Shown here one piece after another: positions 17,877 through 26,809 of a stretch of 64,000 nt of DNA. Positions within the stretch are counted from its first letter, which is position 1, and each line of letters begins with the position of its first letter. The stretch is from the NCBI GenBank assembly GCA_903867985.1, contig CAIPTO010000106.1:30373-94372 (forward strand), given 5' to 3'. This DNA is from an uncultured Elusimicrobia bacterium (GTDB lineage Bacteria; Elusimicrobiota; Elusimicrobia; Elusimicrobiales; UBA9959). Both the position numbers and the translations under genes were made by a program. Below the pieces are notes generated by a model, which did not search any database, was not told where the DNA came from, and worked only from the letters and a program-made list of their open reading frames with translations.

Positions 17877-18056
17877 TCCTGCAGTTCAAGGTATATCCCA
17901 TTGATAAAATCAGGGAACAGAATTATTCTGCAGGATTCCCCGCAAAGCGGGCGGAGGGACCAGCGCTATGCGCGCCTGGCCCGACGAGGTGTATGCCTCC
18001 CGAATGGGCGCCCGCTATGCGGGCGGAAAACTTCAACTGAAGTTTTCAGGTTAATC
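17867..18056 (+). repeat. ~190-nt structured repeat, copy A (candidate ncRNA or MITE-like element)
   Basis: Termini TTAACCTGAA (17867-17876) and TTCAGGTTAA (18045-18054) are complementary. The inner stem is ATCCTGCAG/CTGCAGGAT. There are several GC hairpins with TAT loops. It is about 80 percent identical by eye to the reverse complement of 43301-43487. Confidence 0.7.
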
Positions 18057-20867
18057 CTTACTTTTTGTTCCCAGGTGTTCTTTAAGGTAAAAGCCGGTGT
18101 GAGAGCCGGGCACTTTGACGATGCCCGGCGTATCGCCGGCGTAAATGAGTTCTCCGCCGGCAGAGCCCCCGTCGGCGCCAAGTTCGATTATCCAGTCAGA
18201 AGATGCTATTACGTCAAGATTATGCTCTATGACCAGAACAGTGTTTCCTTGGTCGGCAAGCCGGTGAAGTACTTTCAGCAGTTTTTCCACATCGGCGAAA
18301 TGGAGACCGGTCGTGGGCTCGTCGAGGATGAAAAGCGTACGGCCGGTAGAGCGCTTTGCCAACTGCCCAGCCAGCTTCATGCGCTGTGCTTCTCCTCCCG
18401 AAAGAGTTGTGGCGCTTTGGCCGAGTTTTATGTAGCCCAGTCCCACTTCACGCATGGTTAAAAGCACTTTGGCTATCTGCGGTATCTCTGAGAAATGGAC
18501 GGAAGCCTCGTCGGCCGACATATCCAGGACCTCCGCGATGTTTTTTCCTTTGAATTTAACTTCCAGCGTGTCCTCGTTGAAGCGAAGCCCGTGGCATTCC
18601 TCGCATTTGACATAGATGTCGGGGAGGAACTGCATCTGGATCTTTATAGTCCCGTCGCCCTGACAGGTCTCGCAGCGTCCGCCCTTAACATTAAAAGAAA
18701 AGCGGCCCGGCTCATAGCCTCGGCGCTTGGCTTCAGGGAGGCGGGAGAAGATATCCCGGATGCAGTTGAAGACTCCGGTGTAGGTGGCTGGGTTAGAACG
18801 GGGCGTTCGGCCTATCGGCGACTGGTCGACTATGATGACCTTATCTATATTCTCTTCGCCTTTCATGCTTTTGAAGCGCCCGGGGTTTTCTTTGGAGTTG
18901 TAAAGTTTTTTGGACAGCGCTTTGTATATGATCTCGTATAGCAGGGTGGATTTCCCGGAACCGGACACGCCGCACAGCGTTACAAAAAGGCCGAGGGGAA
19001 TCTTGATGTCTATACCCTTCAGATTAAACTGTTCCGCTTTTATGAATTCCAGCCAGCCTTTATCCGGCTTGCGCAGCGGATGGCTGATAGAGACTTTCTT
19101 GTCGCCCCGCAGGAAAGCGCCTGTTATGGATTTCTTATTCCTGAGTATAGAGGCGAGATTCCCCTGAGCGATGACATGACCGCCGGCAAGTCCGGCGCCC
19201 GGTCCGAGATCCACGATGTGATCCGCGTTGCGGATGACTGCCTCATCATGCTCCACAACAATAAGAGTGTTGCCCAGATCGCGCAGCGACTTGAGAGTTG
19301 TTATAAGTTTGGCGTTATCACGCTGGTGCAACCCGATGGTGGGTTCGTCCAGCACGTAGAGCACGCCGGTCAGGCCGCTGCCTATCTGGGTGGCCAGCTG
19401 TATACGCTGCGCTTCGCCCCCGGATAGAGTTTCCGAGCGGCGGTCAAGCGAAATGTAACCCAGGCCGACATTTGTAAGAAAACTTAAGCGGGCATTTATT
19501 TCTTTGAGTATCAGTCTGGCGATAACGCGGTCTTTTTCACTCAGCGATAATCCGGATATAAACTCCTTAATCTCTGAAATGGGCAGGCTGGAGACCTGGA
19601 CGATGTTTTGACTCCCCACCAGTACATGCAGACCCTCGGGCTTCAGGCGCTGGCCTTTGCAGATACCGCAGGTTACTTCATGCATAAATTTGCGGTAGAT
19701 CTCTTCCTTGACGAAATCAGATTCCGTTTCCGTATACCGGCGCTTGAGGTTTGTAACTACGCCTTCAAACTCCCCGCCCGGTTCGCCGCGCAGGATTATA
19801 TCGCGGGCTTCCTTCGTCAAGTCACGCCAGGGCTTATCCAGGGAAATATTATTTCTTCCGGCCGCATCAATTATCATTTCCATGTAATAGCCAGACCAGG
19901 AGTTCTTCCAGCGGTGAGTGCGGGTAGTGACCGGGTTTGACCAGGCTTCGATCGCCCCGCCGTTGATGGATTTTGAGATGTCGGGGACGACCAGATCCGT
20001 ATCTATTTCAATTTTAACTCCGAGGCCGCCGCATTCCGGGCAGGCGCCGAAAGGGGAATTGAAGGAGAAGAGCCGGGGCTCCAATTCGGGAAAGCTGATG
20101 CCGCACGACGGACAGGCATTCTTCTCGCTGTAAAGGGCGGGGGCTTTGCCCGTGGCGCCGGATTCCACCGCAACCAGCCCGCGCCCCTGGGCCAGGGCCA
20201 GTTCCACAGTTTCCGTGAGCCGCTCTTTTTCACCGTCTCCGGCGGTCATCTCATCCACGAATAGTTCTATATTGTGCTTTACATAACGGTCTAGTTTCGG
20301 AACCGAGTCCAGGTCGAAAATTTTCCCGTCTACGCGGATTTTAATAAATCCGTTTTTTTTAAACTTAGCGAATAATTCCTCATAGGTGCCTTTGCGGCCG
20401 CTGATCAGCGGAGCGAGAATCTTTATTTTTTTACCTGAATATCGCGAGGATATCTCCGCGACTATACCTTGTGCAGACCAGGCCTTTATCGGGCGTCCGC
20501 ATTGCGGACAGAACGGCGATCCGACTTTGGCGTAGAGGAGGCGCAGATAGTCGTAAATCTCGGTAACCGTACCCACGGTGGAACGCGGATTTTTTGAGGG
20601 AGTGTGCTGCTGGATGGCGATGGCAGGCGAAAGGCCCTCTATGGATTCCACGTCAGGCTTTTCCATCTGCTCTAAGAATTGTCTGGCGTAGGCTGACAGA
20701 CTTTCCATGTAGCGGCGCTGTCCTTCAGCGTAGATAGTGTCGAAAGCAAGGCTGGATTTGCCCGATCCCGAGAGTCCGGTCAGCACCACCAGTTTATTCT
20801 TGGGCAACTCTATGGTTATATTTTTAAGGTTGTGCGCTTTCGCGCCGGTTATTTTGATCTTATCCAT
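18051..20867 (-). CDS. uvrA: Excinuclease ABC subunit A
   Basis: 938 aa with two ABC ATPase modules (GLSGSGKSSLAFDT, GVSGSGKSTLL, LSGGEAQR x2) and zinc-finger cysteines. Confidence 0.97.
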   Translation of the reverse strand: MDKIKITGAKAHNLKNITIELPKNKLVVLTGLSGSGKSSLAFDTIYAEGQRRYMESLSAYARQFLEQMEKPDVESIEGLSPAIAIQQHTPSKNPRSTVGTVTEIYDYLRLLYAKVGSPFCPQCGRPIKAWSAQGIVAEISSRYSGKKIKILAPLISGRKGTYEELFAKFKKNGFIKIRVDGKIFDLDSVPKLDRYVKHNIELFVDEMTAGDGEKERLTETVELALAQGRGLVAVESGATGKAPALYSEKNACPSCGISFPELEPRLFSFNSPFGACPECGGLGVKIEIDTDLVVPDISKSINGGAIEAWSNPVTTRTHRWKNSWSGYYMEMIIDAAGRNNISLDKPWRDLTKEARDIILRGEPGGEFEGVVTNLKRRYTETESDFVKEEIYRKFMHEVTCGICKGQRLKPEGLHVLVGSQNIVQVSSLPISEIKEFISGLSLSEKDRVIARLILKEINARLSFLTNVGLGYISLDRRSETLSGGEAQRIQLATQIGSGLTGVLYVLDEPTIGLHQRDNAKLITTLKSLRDLGNTLIVVEHDEAVIRNADHIVDLGPGAGLAGGHVIAQGNLASILRNKKSITGAFLRGDKKVSISHPLRKPDKGWLEFIKAEQFNLKGIDIKIPLGLFVTLCGVSGSGKSTLLYEIIYKALSKKLYNSKENPGRFKSMKGEENIDKVIIVDQSPIGRTPRSNPATYTGVFNCIRDIFSRLPEAKRRGYEPGRFSFNVKGGRCETCQGDGTIKIQMQFLPDIYVKCEECHGLRFNEDTLEVKFKGKNIAEVLDMSADEASVHFSEIPQIAKVLLTMREVGLGYIKLGQSATTLSGGEAQRMKLAGQLAKRSTGRTLFILDEPTTGLHFADVEKLLKVLHRLADQGNTVLVIEHNLDVIASSDWIIELGADGGSAGGELIYAGDTPGIVKVPGSHTGFYLKEHLGTKSKD

Positions 20868-20871
20868 AAGT

Positions 20872-20961
20872 GCAGAAGCAGAGGGGGGGCGAGAAGGGCA
20901 GAGTGAAATGTGAATTTCCTCACTCTCTACCCTAACCCCTAGACCCTGAACCCTCCCTATC
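20872..20961 (-). repeat. Heptad inverted-repeat element, (AGGGTNN)n type, spanning the nadB stop and the nadB-uvrA spacer
   Basis: On the + strand, CTACCCT, AACCCCT, AGACCCT and GAACCCT lie at 20927-20954 with an exact 7-nt period. The core hairpin is AGAGTGA 20900-20906 / TCACTCT 20920-20926. A purine-rich partner arm lies at 20872-20906. Confidence 0.65.
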
Positions 20962-22554
20962 GTATCTGTCCGCTTTCGTGTTCGCAGTGTAAGTTTCTTC
21001 AGTTTGCGGATAGTTGATGTTAAAATGCAGCCCGCGGGATTCCTTACGCTCCGCCGCGGAGCGTATAATGGTTTCTGCCAGACAGGCTATGTTGCGCAAT
21101 TCCAGCAGGTCCCGAGTTAGCAGGAAATCCCAGTAATATTTGGCGATTTCATCCGTTATGATTTTTATGCGGGCTTTGGCGCGCTCCAGGCGCTTATCGC
21201 TGCGAACGATGCCCACATAATTCCACATTAGCGTGCGGACCTCATCCCAGTTATGGGTTATCATTACTGCCTCGTCCGAATGCCGCGCGTTGCCGTAATT
21301 CCACACCTCAGCCCTGGCTGGACTTTTCGCTGTTTTCTTTCCCAAGTTTCCGCATATCGAGTCCGCGGCGCGCCGGGCGAAGACGCATGCTTCAAGGAGG
21401 GAATTTGAAGCCAGACGGTTCGCCCCGTGCAGGCCCGTGTGGGCCACTTCACCCACGGCGTACAGCCCGGGCATGGCGGTCCGTCCCCATTCGTCGGTTT
21501 CTATTCCTCCGCAGAAGAAGTGCGCGGCGGGCACTACGGGTATCGGGTCCCTGGTAATGTCGATGCCGAAGGAAAGACATTTTTTATAAATATTAGGAAA
21601 ACGCTTCTTTACAAACGCGGCCGGCCGGGCAGTGATGTCAAGATACACGCATTCCGCTCCGCTCTTTTTAAGTTCGTTGTCTATCGCGCGGGCCACGATA
21701 TCCCGCGGCGCCAGTTCTTTCCTGACATCGTAGGCCGCCATGAAAGGTTTGCCTTCGGGGTTGCGCAGGATCGCGCCTTCACCGCGCACAGCTTCCGATA
21801 TAAGGAAGGATTTAGCCTTGGGATGGTAAAGGCAGGTCGGGTGGAACTGGACGAATTCCATATTTATAAGCCGGAGCCCCGCCCGATAGGCCATAGCCAT
21901 CCCATCCCCGGTTGCGGTGTCCGGGTTGGAGGTGTAAAGATAGACTTTACCGGCCCCGCCCGAGGCCAGCACCGTTGCCGAAGCCAGGAAGCTGTGTATG
22001 ATGCCAGTATGCTCTTCCAGCGCGTAAGTTCCCCTGGCAACGTTGCGCTCCGGCCTGACCCCGGCCGGACGGGAGTCCAGTATCAGGTCCACTGCGGCGT
22101 GATCCTCGTAAAAACGGATTTTTTTATTCGCCCGGCATACCCGCAGCAGGGTTGATTCGATCTCGTGCCCGGTGGAGTCGGCGGCATGGAGTATACGCCG
22201 TCTGGAATGTCCGCCTTCCAGGCCGAGTTCAAAATCTGAGCCGTTCTTGGTAAAACACACTCCTAATTCCACCAGTTCCTTCACTCTTTCGGGGCCTTCG
22301 CGCACGGCAATTTCCACTATGTGAAGGTCGGCCAGGCCGGAACCGGTTTTTAAGGTGTCGTTGATATGAAGAATTGCGGCATCATCTTTGCCGGTTACGG
22401 CCGCGATCCCTCCTTGGGCAAGATCGGTGTTGGATACCTGGGCCCCGCGTTTCGAGACAAGGCTTACCGTGCCCGAGCGGGAAAGCCTATGGGCTGTCAG
22501 CAGGCCGGCCAGACCGGTTCCGATAACCAGAAAATCCGATTTATAAATGGACAT
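20932..22554 (-). CDS. nadB: L-aspartate oxidase
   Basis: The N-terminal FAD motif is DFLVIGTGLAGL. Flavoprotein motifs of the succinate dehydrogenase/fumarate reductase family include HPTCLYHP, RGEGAILRN and GLYAVGEVAHTGLHGANRLASNSLLE. Confidence 0.92.
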   Translation of the reverse strand: MSIYKSDFLVIGTGLAGLLTAHRLSRSGTVSLVSKRGAQVSNTDLAQGGIAAVTGKDDAAILHINDTLKTGSGLADLHIVEIAVREGPERVKELVELGVCFTKNGSDFELGLEGGHSRRRILHAADSTGHEIESTLLRVCRANKKIRFYEDHAAVDLILDSRPAGVRPERNVARGTYALEEHTGIIHSFLASATVLASGGAGKVYLYTSNPDTATGDGMAMAYRAGLRLINMEFVQFHPTCLYHPKAKSFLISEAVRGEGAILRNPEGKPFMAAYDVRKELAPRDIVARAIDNELKKSGAECVYLDITARPAAFVKKRFPNIYKKCLSFGIDITRDPIPVVPAAHFFCGGIETDEWGRTAMPGLYAVGEVAHTGLHGANRLASNSLLEACVFARRAADSICGNLGKKTAKSPARAEVWNYGNARHSDEAVMITHNWDEVRTLMWNYVGIVRSDKRLERAKARIKIITDEIAKYYWDFLLTRDLLELRNIACLAETIIRSAAERKESRGLHFNINYPQTEETYTANTKADRYDREGSGSRG

Positions 22555-22797
22555 TTCTCTTTTCTTATCCGTTTGAAAGTTTTAGAATATAGATAAGGCG
22601 AATGTAATATATATATATTTTACAATACTTGCCCCGCCCTTTTGGCCGCGTGATAAAGGATTCAGGAATTGGATATAAATCAAGCGCAAAGCCTGCTTAG
22701 CCAAAAAGGCGTGGTTTGCCTATGATCCGTCTCGGAGACGGCGTTTCTCAAGCGGCCGATACTGTGACCGCCGTGCGTAAGTGATGTAAATATCGAA

Positions 22798-23835
22798 ATG
22801 ACTAACTGGAAGAAAAAAATATTCATCTACGCCCCGATAGCGCTTTCGCTGGTCATACTGACGTCTCTTGTTTACCCCAATTTAGCCCCGCTGGCCGCAA
22901 CCCTTAAGACGGCGCATCCCGGTTTTATTTGTGTAGCGCTTATCTTCTCATTCATGAGCTACCTTTTTATGGGCTTTTCGCTCTGGGAGGTTCTGAGGAT
23001 ACTCGGCCACAGACTGCCCTTCTGGGAAACGGCCGGGGTTGCTTTCGTTTCCACAACGGTGAATTATTTCGTATCTTCCGGCGGCGTCAGCGGTTTCGCC
23101 ACCCGCGCGCATCTGCTGAGTAAGCGCAAAATACCCTATGGCATCAGTGTTACGTCTTCGGTGGTTATAAGCGTTTTCATCTATCTGGTCCTGTCCATTA
23201 TTATCGTGGAGGGGATGTTCCTGCAGCTGCTTAAAACCGAGCAATTCGGCACAAAGTTTTTTGAGGGAATCGCGGGCGTTCTGTTCGTTCTGTCCTTTGC
23301 CTTCGTCCTCGTCCTGATGTTTTTTCACCACGAGCTGCGTTCGGCCTGGGCGCGCAAAATTTACCACGCTGTTAATCACCTGCTGTTTTTCTTTTCAAAA
23401 AAAGAGATACCTGAGGAAACTTTTAAGGAATTCGAGTCCCAGCTCTCTACCGGAATACAGACCATACATTCCCGCAAATATGAATTGCCGTTGGTCCTGG
23501 GATATGTCTGTCTGGACTGGATAAGCAATATTTTCATACTGAATTTCGCCTTCCGCGCGGTAGGCGTGAACATGGGTTCTACAAAGCTTGTCATCGGTTT
23601 CGCGTTCGGCCAGCTTATGACGGTAATCCCGCTGCTGCCGGGCGGACTCGGCGCCATGGAAGCCGCCATGACGGCGGTTTACTCTCAAATGGGAGTATCC
23701 GTTGGCCAGGCTCTGGCGGCCACGCTCATCTTCAGGTTTCTTTATTACCTTGTCCCGTCTTTCGCCAGCATATTCGTTTATTGGGGGCTCAAAATGTCGG
23801 AGTTTAGACATCACGGCCGCCACGCCGGCGACTGA
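22798..23835 (+). CDS. Polytopic membrane protein, UPF0104 / lysyl-PG-synthase-TM-region-like (flippase-like)
   Basis: About 8 TM helices, with the motif PLLPGGLGAMEAAMTAVY typical of this family. Confidence 0.5.
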   Translation: MTNWKKKIFIYAPIALSLVILTSLVYPNLAPLAATLKTAHPGFICVALIFSFMSYLFMGFSLWEVLRILGHRLPFWETAGVAFVSTTVNYFVSSGGVSGFATRAHLLSKRKIPYGISVTSSVVISVFIYLVLSIIIVEGMFLQLLKTEQFGTKFFEGIAGVLFVLSFAFVLVLMFFHHELRSAWARKIYHAVNHLLFFFSKKEIPEETFKEFESQLSTGIQTIHSRKYELPLVLGYVCLDWISNIFILNFAFRAVGVNMGSTKLVIGFAFGQLMTVIPLLPGGLGAMEAAMTAVYSQMGVSVGQALAATLIFRFLYYLVPSFASIFVYWGLKMSEFRHHGRHAGD

Positions 23836-23857
23836 GCCAGAGGTTCGAACTTAATAT

Positions 23858-24388
23858 ATGAAGGAAAAGTTCATGCAATTTGTACCACAGGTCGCGCCGG
23901 ACGCCTGGGTGCATTCCTCCGCTTCGGTGATAGGCCGGGTCAGGCTGGATGCATTTGTTTCGGTATGGCCCGGAGCCGTAGTGAGGGGGGACGTGGATGG
24001 CATAGAGGTAGGGGAAGCCTGTAATATACAGGATTTGGCCGTTCTTCATCCCAATCGCGCCAAGCCGGTAATACTCGGCAGGGGCGTGACCGTCGGGCAC
24101 GGCGCGGTAATACACGGCTCGCGCGTGGGCGACCATTGCCTGATAGGCATGGGCGCTATAGTTATCGATTCTCAGATAGGGGAGTTCTCTCTGATCGGCG
24201 CCGGCGCTGTGGTAACCCCCGGCTCGGTGATCCCGCCAGGCAGCATGGTGCTCGGGATGCCGGGAAAAGTAGTTCGACCGTTAAAAAAAGAGGAAAAGGC
24301 CTCCTTAATAAGATCTAAGGAAGATTACATAAAACTAGCGCGGCAATACAGAAAGCAGGGTAAAACCCCGCAGCCCGGGCAATCTTAG
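23858..24388 (+). CDS. Gamma-carbonic-anhydrase-like / hexapeptide-repeat (LbH) protein
   Basis: Left-handed beta-helix hexapeptide repeats run throughout (VIGRVRLDAFVSVWPGAVVRGD..., IGMGAIVIDSQIGEFSLIGAGAVV). It resembles the YrdA/PaaY family. An alternative start is at 23873. Confidence 0.8.
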   Translation: MKEKFMQFVPQVAPDAWVHSSASVIGRVRLDAFVSVWPGAVVRGDVDGIEVGEACNIQDLAVLHPNRAKPVILGRGVTVGHGAVIHGSRVGDHCLIGMGAIVIDSQIGEFSLIGAGAVVTPGSVIPPGSMVLGMPGKVVRPLKKEEKASLIRSKEDYIKLARQYRKQGKTPQPGQS

Positions 24389-24397
24389 GAATAACAG

Positions 24398-24802
24398 ATG
24401 GTGCAAACAGACAAGACCAGGATACTTATCATTGAGGACAGTAAGAACACTTCAGGTGTTCTCAAGGAAGTGCTTGAGAGCGAAGGGTATATAGTGTGCC
24501 TGGCCGGCGACGGGGTGTCCGGAATAGCCATGGCCCGCCGCGAAAGGCCCGACCTTATACTGCTGGATCTGCTGCTCCCTAAGCTTAACGGCTATGAAGT
24601 CTGCAATAATTTAAAGCGCGATAACCTGACGCGGCATATCCCGATTCTTATCATCTCAACTATGGACAGCCCTGAAAGTTTAGAAAAGATAAAATTATGC
24701 GGCGCCCAGAATTTCATGAAAAAACCGTACAATCTGGACAACCTCCTGAGTGAGATAAAGCGTCTGCTAACCTTGCCCAGAGCCTTCGGTTCAGCGGATT
24801 AG
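24398..24802 (+). CDS. Single-domain response regulator (CheY-like receiver)
   Basis: RILIIEDS, the phospho-acceptor context DLILLDLLLPKLNG and ILIIST...K are present. There is no output domain. Confidence 0.85.
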   Translation: MVQTDKTRILIIEDSKNTSGVLKEVLESEGYIVCLAGDGVSGIAMARRERPDLILLDLLLPKLNGYEVCNNLKRDNLTRHIPILIISTMDSPESLEKIKLCGAQNFMKKPYNLDNLLSEIKRLLTLPRAFGSAD

Positions 24803-24814
24803 GCGGCAGGATCC

Positions 24815-25582
24815 ATGTCCGACTCACGGATTGTTTATTTCGGCGCCAAAAGCGCGGCTAAGTCCGGGGTTAGGAGTATTTATAAAAAGCTTTTTAAGGC
24901 ATTAGGTCCGCAGGGGTGGTGGCCGGTTACCGAAGTCCACGGACGGCTGCCGGTCTACCGGCCGCTATTTTACGGGCCGCATACCTGCAGGGCAATGTTC
25001 GAGATTTGTGCCGGTGCTATCCTGACCCAGAATACAGCCTGGGGAAACGCCTTGACCGCGCTCACCGGTCTTAACGGGGCGGGGGTGATGTCACCGTTAA
25101 AATTATCCGCCCTGCCGTCAGCCGAACTTTGCAGGCTCATACGATCATCCGGATTCTATAGACAGAAAGCTGAAAGGCTGAAAATTTTTTCCCGGTATAT
25201 AATTTCCAGACATCCGGAAGGCCTGGAGAAATGGTTTTTGGACGCCACTCCGGACGGGTTGCGGGCTGAACTGCTTACTATAAAGGGAATCGGCCCGGAA
25301 ACCGCTGATTCAATGGTCCTTTACGCCGGGGGAAAGGCTAAATTCGTGGTGGATGCCTATACTCACAGGGTGTTCGGGCGTCTGGGGTTTATTCCCGGGA
25401 CTTATGCCGGCCTTCAGGAGGGCTTTGAGACAGCTTTGCCGCGCGATCACAGGGTTTATAACGAGTATCACGCGCTCATAGTTGCGCTAGGCAAGAATTA
25501 CTGCCGAAAAAACAAGCCGGTTTGCGCGCAATGCCCCCTGAAAAGCGCGTGTTCAACGGGACGAATAGCGAAAAAGGGTTAA
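24815..25582 (+). CDS. HhH-GPD superfamily DNA glycosylase (endonuclease III-related) with Fe-S cluster loop
   Basis: The helix-hairpin-helix is LLTIKGIGPETADSMVLY. The C-terminal motif is CxxxxxxCxxCxxxxxC (CRKNKPVCAQCPLKSAC). Confidence 0.75.
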   Translation: MSDSRIVYFGAKSAAKSGVRSIYKKLFKALGPQGWWPVTEVHGRLPVYRPLFYGPHTCRAMFEICAGAILTQNTAWGNALTALTGLNGAGVMSPLKLSALPSAELCRLIRSSGFYRQKAERLKIFSRYIISRHPEGLEKWFLDATPDGLRAELLTIKGIGPETADSMVLYAGGKAKFVVDAYTHRVFGRLGFIPGTYAGLQEGFETALPRDHRVYNEYHALIVALGKNYCRKNKPVCAQCPLKSACSTGRIAKKG

Positions 25583-25673
25583 AGGAACCGCCATTCAGAA
25601 ACGTGCTTATTTAATACTGATTCTCCGGTACCCCGATCCTCAGTTAAAATACGAAGACTAAAGAGAAACATAT

Positions 25674-26741
25674 ATGATAATAGAAGAACTGGAAAAAGCA
25701 GCAGATTTTTTGGAAGACGGGAAGTCGGACGCCGCTTTTAAAGCCCTAAAAAATATAGGCCTGGCCAAAGGCTTCGAAGGCCGCTGGTATTACCTGTATG
25801 GGGAAGCATGGCGGCTTAAAGGTATATTTGATAAGGCTATCACCGCTTACGAGTCTGCCATGACGCACGGCCTGCCCGCCGCCGAGTTCTTCTGCCAGGT
25901 CCTGATCAAGACCGCCGCCTGCCACAGGGCGTTAGGTCATGAAAAACAAGCATTTGCTTTCGCAACCGCAGGTCTAAAAGCCGCATCCAAGGCCCCGGCC
26001 CTGAAGCCTGAGGCCGAGCTGGAGCTGGCTATGGCTTACCGCCTGAAAGGAAATTTTAAAAAAGCTTCTGCGATGCTCGGCCGCATTCTGCGCGCCTATT
26101 TGAAAGAGGATGATTACGGCGCGGCAGCCTTTATCCTATGGGCGCTTGGAGGTATATACAGGCTTGAAGGCCGGTACGCGCTTTCAATAGAATCCTTTCA
26201 GTTGTCCGGCGCTTACGCGGGCAGGGATAACGATAAATCAGCCGAGGGTTACGCCCTGTTCGGGTTAGGCGGTGTGCTGCGAGTGGCGGGTTTTATGAAC
26301 CCGGCGCGAACGGCTTATGAAGAGGCACGCAAGCTCTTCCGAAATACCGAAGACGCTTTTGCCAGGGCCTACGCGGAATGCGGCCTGGCCAATGTCCTGC
26401 GGCAGCAAGGCGAACTGAACACCGCATTCGACGGCTATCAACGGGCGCATAGGATGTATTCGGAAATTGGTGATAAGCCCGACCTTGGTTTCGTGGAATG
26501 GGGGCTTGGGGAAGTCTATAAAAAGCAAGGTGAGTTTAAGAACGCAATGGTCTGCTTTAAGAACGCTTTACGCCTGTTTAAGGGGAACGCGGAGCCGCGG
26601 GGGGAAATATTGAGCGGGCTTTCGATGGCAAATGTATATTATCTGGAAGGCCATGTCGCCGAGGCGGATAAAATGTATTTTGCCGCCGTAGCCAAAGCTA
26701 AAAAACACGGCCTTCACACATATCTTGAAACCTTCACTTAA
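25674..26741 (+). CDS. TPR repeat protein
   Basis: It has repeated 34-aa TPR-like units, for example AYEEARKLFRNTED, AFDGYQRAHRMYSEIGD and AMVCFKNALRLFKG. Confidence 0.6.
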   Translation: MIIEELEKAADFLEDGKSDAAFKALKNIGLAKGFEGRWYYLYGEAWRLKGIFDKAITAYESAMTHGLPAAEFFCQVLIKTAACHRALGHEKQAFAFATAGLKAASKAPALKPEAELELAMAYRLKGNFKKASAMLGRILRAYLKEDDYGAAAFILWALGGIYRLEGRYALSIESFQLSGAYAGRDNDKSAEGYALFGLGGVLRVAGFMNPARTAYEEARKLFRNTEDAFARAYAECGLANVLRQQGELNTAFDGYQRAHRMYSEIGDKPDLGFVEWGLGEVYKKQGEFKNAMVCFKNALRLFKGNAEPRGEILSGLSMANVYYLEGHVAEADKMYFAAVAKAKKHGLHTYLETFT

Positions 26742-26809
26742 AAAAGGCTTACAAACGCGTAATTGCCTTGGTCTAGTGGCATAATTCCCACATTCAATAA
26801 AGCGAGATA

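Noticed and set aside
17901-18461. ORFs starting MIKS(G/S)NRIILQDSPQ in both copies of the ~190-nt repeat (17901-18461 + and 43271-43456 -), which look like a conserved peptide
   Set aside because: Both use a TTG start. A 1-nt indel between the copies shifts the frame after ~16 codons, and the downstream sequences are unrelated as protein. The substitutions preserve base pairing instead. Copy A's ORF also runs antisense into uvrA. I treated them as a noncoding repeat.
22727-22741. Perfect 15-nt palindrome CCGTCTC-G-GAGACGG, 57 nt upstream of the UPF0104-like gene
   Set aside because: It is a single short palindrome with no second copy in the window. It could be an operator, but the evidence is too thin to call.
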